Source of the DNA: Candidatus Calditenuis fumarioli
GTDB lineage: Archaea; Thermoproteota; Nitrososphaeria_A; Caldarchaeales; Calditenuaceae
DNA length: 64,000 bases
Assembly: GCA_030059665.1 (NCBI GenBank)
Contig: JANVYR010000001.1
Span: 736,001-800,000, forward strand
Reading direction: 5' to 3'
The notes under the pieces are model-generated. The model saw nothing but the letters and a program-made list of their open reading frames with translations. It was not told the origin of the DNA and made no database searches. Each line of letters opens with the position of its first letter. Within the stretch, counting starts at the first letter, position 1. Positions 57,823 to 64,000 of this stretch are shown here, piece by piece. Both the position numbers and the translations under genes were made by a program.

Positions 57823-58377
57823 CTAAAGCGGCTCGGGCACGAACTCGTCTATCCTCAGGGCTCTGATCCCCGACTGCCCGCTCCGCTCCTCCGGGCTTCG
57901 TTTCACGTCCCCGACCCTGTAAACGTAGAAGGTGTGATATCGGTAGCTCGTGTCGGACCAGATCCTCAGGACCTCCCTTGGCGTCCATCCCCTGATCTTG
58001 TAACCGTGGGTGATCACGACCGCGTCGCGTCCCGCGGTCAGAAGCGCCGGCTTCAGGACCTCCAAAGCTTCGGTGGTGAGGTACGCGTAGACGAAGTCCA
58101 CGCCGTTGAGGTCGACGTACCGGGCGTCCCCCTCCACGAAGGCGACGTTCCTCAGACCCATCGACCTGCTGATCCTCAAGGAGTGCTCGACGAGCCTACC
58201 GTTGACCTCGACGCCCACAGCTCTCGCGCCGAAGTGCCTGGCCGCAGCTATCGGCACTCTGCCGTCACCGCTCCCCAGATCGACGAGGACCCTGTCCCTC
58301 TCGAGGCCTGCCTCGCCGAGGGCCTTTACGACGACGTCCAGAGGGGACGGAACGAAGGGGTTCAGCCTCCGTCCCAT
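57823..58377 (-). CDS. Class I SAM-dependent methyltransferase (protein-lysine MTase-like)
   Basis: PFVPSP, LVDLGSGDGR, GVEVN, EGDA, YAYL. Confidence 0.8.
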   Translation of the reverse strand: MGRRLNPFVPSPLDVVVKALGEAGLERDRVLVDLGSGDGRVPIAAARHFGARAVGVEVNGRLVEHSLRISRSMGLRNVAFVEGDARYVDLNGVDFVYAYLTTEALEVLKPALLTAGRDAVVITHGYKIRGWTPREVLRIWSDTSYRYHTFYVYRVGDVKRSPEERSGQSGIRALRIDEFVPEPL

Positions 58378-58444
58378 TCCCGCAGGTCACCGTCGGCACC
58401 ACGGTAAAAAGCTCAGACGAGACGACCGGCAGAGAAGCGGTCCC

Positions 58445-59107
58445 TCAGGGGTTGCGCCTGAGCAGCGGTGTGATCGTGACGTACCTCCGGATGGAGGGCA
58501 GAGCCCTCAGGACCGCGCCGTAGACGGCCATAGCCGGGATGACGCTGACGAAGACGTGGATCGCGTTGAAGACGCCGTTGAGCGTGGTCATCAAGAGCGC
58601 CAACGTGAGCTCTCCCTGAACCGAGATACCGACGCGCTGAAGGGCCCTGCTCCCGAAGGGGAGGTAGACGTTGGGGAGGAGCACGTAGTACAGCAGGAAG
58701 GTGACGAGCGACATGACCAGCGTCCTCGAGGCGACCGCGCCGACCAGACCCCACCAGATCGATCCCCTGCTCAACCGGATCCCGAGGAAGAGGCCGAGGA
58801 GCGTCGAGAGGACCGCGATCAGCTTCATCGTCTCGCCCACCCCGGGCACCAGGGCACCTCCGTTCACGATCAGCCCGTACCAGTGAGCAAGGGATGTGAC
58901 CAGTCCCCCAATCGGCCCGAAGATCAGGAAGGAGAGGACGTCGAATATCTCGGCCGCGTCGAACCTGAGGAACGGCAGCAACGGGAACGGTGTGCTAAGC
59001 CTCGCTATCCCCGCAGCTATCGCAGCACCTCCCAGCGAAGCAACACCGGCTGTCCAGAGCGACCTTGGCATGCGGTCGCTTCCGGCCATCTCACGCCAAC
59101 TTTCCAA
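58445..59107 (-). CDS. ECF transporter S component
   Basis: PFLRFDAAEIFDVLSFLIFGP; about six TM segments. An ATG at 59089 is a likely start. Confidence 0.75.
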   Translation of the reverse strand: MESWREMAGSDRMPRSLWTAGVASLGGAAIAAGIARLSTPFPLLPFLRFDAAEIFDVLSFLIFGPIGGLVTSLAHWYGLIVNGGALVPGVGETMKLIAVLSTLLGLFLGIRLSRGSIWWGLVGAVASRTLVMSLVTFLLYYVLLPNVYLPFGSRALQRVGISVQGELTLALLMTTLNGVFNAIHVFVSVIPAMAVYGAVLRALPSIRRYVTITPLLRRNP

Positions 59108-59183
59108 ATGACGTATTTAGGACTTGTCAATGACTTGGCTGAATTGTGGTTTGAAAATCACATTTCTGCTAAGTTGTGGACGC

Positions 59184-59474
59184 TCATTTCGTGAATTGTG
59201 TTGCTATTTTCAGCAAGTCATCTAACTCCTTCTGGTGCCTGAGGGCGACGACGCGGGACCTTCCGACCTCGTGGACCGTGACTATCCCCGCCTTCCGGAG
59301 CGTGGCCACGTGACGGTAGATCGCGCTGTAGCGGACCTTGAGCGCCCTGGACAGGGCCTTGATGTGAAGTGGTCTGTCCGTCTCGGCGATGAGCTTGATG
59401 ATCCGGAGCCTGGTCCTGTTTCCGAGCGCTCCTAGGACGTCCGCCACCCTGTCGATCAGCTCGTTCTCCAGCAC
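59184..59474 (-). CDS. ArsR/wHTH transcriptional regulator
   Basis: LGALGNRTRLRII...IKALSRAL...IYRHVATLRKAGIV. Confidence 0.8.
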   Translation of the reverse strand: MLENELIDRVADVLGALGNRTRLRIIKLIAETDRPLHIKALSRALKVRYSAIYRHVATLRKAGIVTVHEVGRSRVVALRHQKELDDLLKIATQFTK

Positions 59475-59541
59475 ACCTTAACACTTCGAAGGCATCTATT
59501 AATCCAATTCCGAGCAAACTTCCGGTCGACGGCGGCTGAAT

Positions 59542-59557
59542 TACTCAGATCTGAGTA
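59542..59557. promoter_or_regulatory. Perfect 16-bp palindrome, candidate operator
   Basis: TACTCAGATCTGAGTA in the divergent ArsR/ECF-S intergenic region, about 15 nt upstream of TTTAAAA. Confidence 0.6.
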
Positions 59558-59597
59558 GGTACGCAGAGTTGTTTAAAACCCCAGAGGGCCGGGGGGT

Positions 59598-60212
59598 GTG
59601 GACACCAAGGAGCTCGCTGCCGGGACCTCGACCGCGGCGATCTCCGCGGCCATGGCGCTGCTTCCCCTGAGCTTCTCATACCCCCCGATACCCTACCTGA
59701 AGTTCGATCTGGCCGAGGTGCCGGTGTTCCTGGCGCTGCTGGGCTTCGGGCCGACCGCGGGCTTCCTCTCGGCGACGGTCTACCTCTTCGCGCTCCTGCT
59801 GATGGGGCAGTTCTCGCCGCTGGGGCCGTTGATGAAGTACGCCGCAGTGGTCTCGACCTTCCTCGGCATCTGGGCCGGCCTGAGGCTCATCGGCAGGTCC
59901 GGGCCCCGGGCTAAGCTCGTCCTCTCGGGGACGCTCGGCGCCGCCCTCAGGATAGCGGTGATGACCGCGCTCAACTACCTGGTGCTTGTGGTCTTCTTCC
60001 CCGATTTCCTGGGGTTCGCGGTCGGCGCGCTCTCCGCCTTCATGGGGACCAAGCTGGATCCGGGGACGGTCGGCCTGCTGCTGGTGCTGGCGCACACCGC
60101 CCTTTACAACGCACTCCACACCGTGATGAGCCTCGCGCTCTCGGTGGCGGTGCTGAAAGGCGTGATGGCCGCAGGGGCACCCAGGCCCGGCTGGAGGCCC
60201 TGGATCGTCTGA
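59598..60212 (+). CDS. ECF transporter S component (RibU/PanT-like)
   Basis: PYLKFDLAEVPVFLALLGFGP; about six TM segments. Confidence 0.8.
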   Translation: MDTKELAAGTSTAAISAAMALLPLSFSYPPIPYLKFDLAEVPVFLALLGFGPTAGFLSATVYLFALLLMGQFSPLGPLMKYAAVVSTFLGIWAGLRLIGRSGPRAKLVLSGTLGAALRIAVMTALNYLVLVVFFPDFLGFAVGALSAFMGTKLDPGTVGLLLVLAHTALYNALHTVMSLALSVAVLKGVMAAGAPRPGWRPWIV

Positions 60213-60220
60213 CGGACAGA

Positions 60221-61486
60221 TCACTCGTAACGCAGCGCCTTCACCGGATCGAGCCTCCCCGCCCTCCACGCGGGATAGATGCCGGCTAGCACGCTGATCA
60301 TCAGAGCGAACCCAAAGGCCATGAGGGTCATCTCCGGCGATATCACCGGGGTTATCTGCAGTGACGTCTGAGAGGCTCCTCCGAAAGGAGGGCCACCGAA
60401 CCCGCCTGCGCCCCTTACGGGCCCGCCAGCAGGGACCCTTGGCGCAAAGGACGTCAGCACCGACGGGAGCAGGTAGGAGCCCACAGAGCCAATCGCGATC
60501 CCCAAAAGGCCTCCGAAGACCCCGATCAGGAAAGCCTCGGTCAGGAATATCATCAGGACCTCCCTGTCCCTGTAGCCGAAGGCCTTCATCACGCCGATCT
60601 CCTTGGTCCGTTCGACCACCGAGATGACCATGATGTTGGTGATGCCGAGCCCGGCGACCGCCAGCGAGATGGCCGCCACGGAGGCCAGCAGCAACCCGAA
60701 CGAGGCGATGATCCCGCTCACCGTCTCCGACAGCGCCTGGACCGAAACGATCCTGGCGTTGTTGCCGTACATGACCGTCAGCTGGTCCACAAGGTCCTGG
60801 ACGTAGTCCACCGAGCTGGCCCTGACCAGTATCAGGTTGTAGTCCCTCCTGTTGGTGAGCGTCTTGACCGCGTCGAGCGGTAAGAAGACCGAGCCGTCGA
60901 TGGAGACGAACGCGGAGGCGCCGTACCTGTCAAGCACACCGCTGACTATGACTGTGATCCTTCGGGAGAAGGTCTGGAACCTCTGCTCGAGGATTAGGGG
61001 CTGGTTGACGAAGACCTGCCTGTTGCCTCCCGCGCTGGGCGGGAACGTCACGTCGTACCCTGCCAGACCGATGGGCGCGGTGGTGGGCGGATACGGCTGC
61101 CCCTCGATCAGCTTCAGTTCGCCCAGCAGCAAGGGGAGCTGTTCTGGCCTGACCCCGATCACTGTGAGCTCCACGTCCTGACCGGAGACGGTCATGTAGG
61201 CCCTCGTCGAAACCATTGGGATCACGGCCTCCACGTTCGGGAGCGACGAGATCATTGCCACGTCAGCGTCTGTCAGCTGCGTCCTCCCGAAGGGCGTGAT
61301 GACGATGCTCGTGGGGCCAAGAGTCTGGAGCGACCTGACAACCGATTGCTGGACGCCAGCGGTCTGGGAGGTGAGCGCTATGACCGAGGCGACGCCTATG
61401 GCTATCGCGAGCATCAGCAGGAATACCCGCAGCCTCTTCTCGCGCCAGTGCCTCAGGCTCAGGAAGAAAACGTCGCTCGCCCTCAT
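60221..61486 (-). CDS. MacB/FtsX-family ABC permease
   Basis: ERTKEIGVMKAFG, AGIYPAWRAGRLDPVKALRYE. Confidence 0.9.
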   Translation of the reverse strand: MRASDVFFLSLRHWREKRLRVFLLMLAIAIGVASVIALTSQTAGVQQSVVRSLQTLGPTSIVITPFGRTQLTDADVAMISSLPNVEAVIPMVSTRAYMTVSGQDVELTVIGVRPEQLPLLLGELKLIEGQPYPPTTAPIGLAGYDVTFPPSAGGNRQVFVNQPLILEQRFQTFSRRITVIVSGVLDRYGASAFVSIDGSVFLPLDAVKTLTNRRDYNLILVRASSVDYVQDLVDQLTVMYGNNARIVSVQALSETVSGIIASFGLLLASVAAISLAVAGLGITNIMVISVVERTKEIGVMKAFGYRDREVLMIFLTEAFLIGVFGGLLGIAIGSVGSYLLPSVLTSFAPRVPAGGPVRGAGGFGGPPFGGASQTSLQITPVISPEMTLMAFGFALMISVLAGIYPAWRAGRLDPVKALRYE

Positions 61487-63435
61487 CGCCTGAACCTCCT
61501 CCCCACGAAGAGGCCAACTCCTAACCCAACCACCGCCGTGATGACCGGCAGGATCAGTCCCTGCGTTTGGACTTGCTGTGTTGCCTGTGCGGTCTGGCGC
61601 GCTCCACCTCCGAACCGACCACCGAACTGCCCTGCCGACTGGCCTCCGCCGATCGGCACGGTGACCGACAGCCTCTCCGTGTGCTGCTCGCCCATCTCGT
61701 CCCTGTATGCCACCAGCAGCGGTATCTGGACGGGCCCTGGCCTGGTCGCGTTCGGAGCCACGAATGTGAAGGTCACCGAGGTCGGAGTGTTGACCGCGAC
61801 GTCTCCGAGGAAGGTCCTCGACTGTCCGAAGGACCTGACCTCAGAGCCACGATCGACGCTGACCGATGTAGCGATCGCCCTCGCGGTTCCCGTGTTCACC
61901 AGAACGAGGGTGACGGAGAAGGTCTGTCCCGGAGCCGGTCTCTCGGGCAGCACGGTGTAGTCCACGATCTCGAACTTCCTGATCCCCTTCACGAGGACGC
62001 CCAGCTGCCTCTGCTCAGACTTCTGGACGTTGTCGGGCCCGTAGTACCTCACTCCCACGTTAAGTGTCAGCGATGTCGGCGCGTCGCTGGGGACGAAGAG
62101 GCCCACCGAGAACCTCCTCTCCTCGTTCGGCTGGAGGGATTCGACAGAGAGGACCGCATCGGAGATCCAGGTGGCCGTGCCAGACTGGAGCAGCTCGACC
62201 GTCAGCGCGTTCAGGACGGATCCTCCCACGTTCCTGACGACCAGGGTCACGTTGTTCACCATTCCCGAGTAGATCACCGTCGGCGATACCCTCACGTCGA
62301 GGGGCGACAACAGCTCCCTAGGCTTCGCGGAGACGAAGAACGTGATCGACCTGGTCTCGGTCCTGAGCTGGTTGGCGTCGTCGAGGTAGCTGAGCGTCAG
62401 GGTGACCGGAACAGACGGGGCGGTCGTCTCGGCGAGGTAGAGCCTCAACGGGATCGCTACGCTCTCACCGATTTCTATCGAGTCGATGTGGAACCTCCCG
62501 TCGGATCCGATCATGATTATCGGGAGACCCACCGAGACCAGCACGGTCAGGTCCCTCACCGAGGACGTACCTGTGTTGGATAGCCTCAGGGTTACGTCGT
62601 TGACCTGCTGCATCACGAGCTCCGAGGCCGACGCCTCCACTAGCAGGTTGGGGACCTTCGGGTAATCCGCAACGAAATCGACCGTTTTCGTCACGGTCTT
62701 CTGGTTCAGGTATGGATCGAGGTAGCTCACGGATAGCGCCAGCGAGATCGACGCTCCTGCGAGGTTCGGAGGGATGTAAATCCTTACCCTCACTTTCGCA
62801 GCCTTACCCGCCTCCAGGTCGCCCAAATCTATCGTTCTGTCGAGCACGCTGATCTGCTGCTGGGAGGACACCTCGAGTCGCAAGTTGCGGGCCGTGCCGG
62901 TGCCAGCGTTCTGGACCGACAGCTCCACGGTGTTCTGCGTTCCTGCAACCACTGACGATCTCGATGCGATCACCCTCAGGTCGGTCGTCCCGAGAACCCT
63001 TACCGGCAGCGAGACGGTTCCGGAGAACGTGGTGTCGTCGGACCTCGTGCCGGTGATCAGCGCCTGGACCTGATAGGTGCCTAGCTGCAGGGCTTCTGCC
63101 AGGTTGAGCCTGAAGGTTACTGTCACCGACTGACCGGGCTGCATCGCCGGAATGTAGACTGACGGTCTGGGATCTCCATTTGCGGATTCGAACCCGTCCG
63201 GTAGGAGGAGGGTTACGGTGCCGTAACGCAGCTGGATCTTCCCCGTGTGGAGGAGCGTGATCGTCAGAGGGGCCCCAAAACTTCCAGGTCCCACCTCGAC
63301 GGGCGACCCTCCCTCGGACCATCTCACGTCGGTCACGGCGATGTCCCCGACCTCCTGCGGAAAGGCCGGGATTGGAGCAAGAGCGACTACACCTAGGATG
63401 ACCAGGGCCGCAAGGACGAACGCAGCGCCCCTCAA
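61483..63435 (-). CDS. COG1361-type S-layer-domain/CARDB-repeat surface protein
   Basis: Signal peptide, repeated beta-rich N.G...A/L..G/YxD modules, C-terminal TM anchor. Confidence 0.75.
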   Translation of the reverse strand: MRGAAFVLAALVILGVVALAPIPAFPQEVGDIAVTDVRWSEGGSPVEVGPGSFGAPLTITLLHTGKIQLRYGTVTLLLPDGFESANGDPRPSVYIPAMQPGQSVTVTFRLNLAEALQLGTYQVQALITGTRSDDTTFSGTVSLPVRVLGTTDLRVIASRSSVVAGTQNTVELSVQNAGTGTARNLRLEVSSQQQISVLDRTIDLGDLEAGKAAKVRVRIYIPPNLAGASISLALSVSYLDPYLNQKTVTKTVDFVADYPKVPNLLVEASASELVMQQVNDVTLRLSNTGTSSVRDLTVLVSVGLPIIMIGSDGRFHIDSIEIGESVAIPLRLYLAETTAPSVPVTLTLSYLDDANQLRTETRSITFFVSAKPRELLSPLDVRVSPTVIYSGMVNNVTLVVRNVGGSVLNALTVELLQSGTATWISDAVLSVESLQPNEERRFSVGLFVPSDAPTSLTLNVGVRYYGPDNVQKSEQRQLGVLVKGIRKFEIVDYTVLPERPAPGQTFSVTLVLVNTGTARAIATSVSVDRGSEVRSFGQSRTFLGDVAVNTPTSVTFTFVAPNATRPGPVQIPLLVAYRDEMGEQHTERLSVTVPIGGGQSAGQFGGRFGGGARQTAQATQQVQTQGLILPVITAVVGLGVGLFVGRRFRR

Positions 63436-64000
63436 TTCCTCCTCACCTCGCTCTCCACCCTGCCATCCCTCATCCGGACGATCCTGTCTGCGTACTCCGC
63501 GATCTCGAGGTTGTGCGTCACCAGCAGTATCGTCTTCCCCTCGCGCTTGTTGATTTCCCGCAGGAGCTCGACGACGTTCTTCGCGTTGGCGGAGTCGAGG
63601 TTCCCCGTCGGCTCGTCGGCCAGTATCACCGAGGGGTTGTTGACAAGGGCCCTCGCGATGGCGACCCTCTGCTGCTCCCCTCCCGAGAGCTCCGTAGGTT
63701 TCTTCGAGGCCTTGTTCTCCATTCCCAACCTGGCCAGCATCTCGAGCGCCCTCCGCCTCCGCTCGGATCTGGGGACGCCGGCGGCGATCAGCGGTAGCTC
63801 CACGTTCTCCAGTGCCGTCAGGTGCGACAGAAGGTTGAAGGTCTGGAAGACGAATCCCAGTTCCTTCCGCCTGAGCTCGTTAAGTCCTGACCTGCCGAGC
63901 GAGGTGTAGGAGGTGCCGTTGAGGACTATGTCGCCCTTCGTGGGGAGGTCCAGCGCACCAACTAGGTTCAGCAGCGTCGTCTTCCCCGAGCCGGACGGCC
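63432..64000 (-). CDS. LolD/MacB-type ABC ATP-binding protein (start lies beyond the window)
   Basis: GPSGSGKTTLLN at the window edge, LSGGEQQRVAIAR, ADEPTGNLD. Confidence 0.92.
   Translation of the reverse strand, partial: PSGSGKTTLLNLVGALDLPTKGDIVLNGTSYTSLGRSGLNELRRKELGFVFQTFNLLSHLTALENVELPLIAAGVPRSERRRRALEMLARLGMENKASKKPTELSGGEQQRVAIARALVNNPSVILADEPTGNLDSANAKNVVELLREINKREGKTILLVTHNLEIAEYADRIVRMRDGRVESEVRRN

Noticed and set aside
1-64000. CRISPR array, cas genes or rRNA
   Set aside because: No regularly spaced 25-40 nt repeats, cas motifs or rRNA signature sequences were seen by eye.

Overview
Archaeal genomic DNA from a GC-rich, probably thermophilic TACK lineage; an Aigarchaeota/Thaumarchaeota-like origin is inferred from the gene set and is not proven. 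The window has three parts. (1) 1-9.8 kb is core-like: CoA-disulfide reductase/NADH oxidase-type enzyme, PCNA, THUMP methyltransferase, TSUP exporter, an isolated nuoL, sucD and phnDCE. (2) About 9.8-38.6 kb is a mosaic accessory region centred on tRNA-Thr(GGU). An orphan, intron-less tRNA 5' half lies at 9799-9831. The complete tRNA-Thr at 21916-22013 carries a 25-nt non-canonical intron. Between them are a form I aerobic CO dehydrogenase (coxMSL plus an XdhC/CoxF-YHS fusion), a HerA/VirB4-like ATPase flanked by two membrane-anchored wHTH proteins, and a compact IS110-like transposase with structured non-coding ends. To the right of the tRNA lie an SSV-type split-integrase pseudogene read through the tRNA 3' half, a Cys-Cys-rich mercury module (merA), an internally deleted IS1595-like element, an assimilatory sulfate reduction plus siroheme cluster with three unknown genes, and a membrane/glycosylation cluster. 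(3) 38.6-64 kb is core-like: B12 radical SAM and GT2, an unusual heme operon (hemACDBLE plus CopD/HemJ-like, AhbD-like radical SAM, CbiX-like chelatase, LLM oxidoreductase), dipeptidase, tRNA-Pro, DHNA, Dps-like protein, TmcA, two ECF S components around an ArsR-type regulator, and an ABC/S-layer-domain operon. No CRISPR array or rRNA was seen. All annotations come from motif recognition by eye; no database searches were run.
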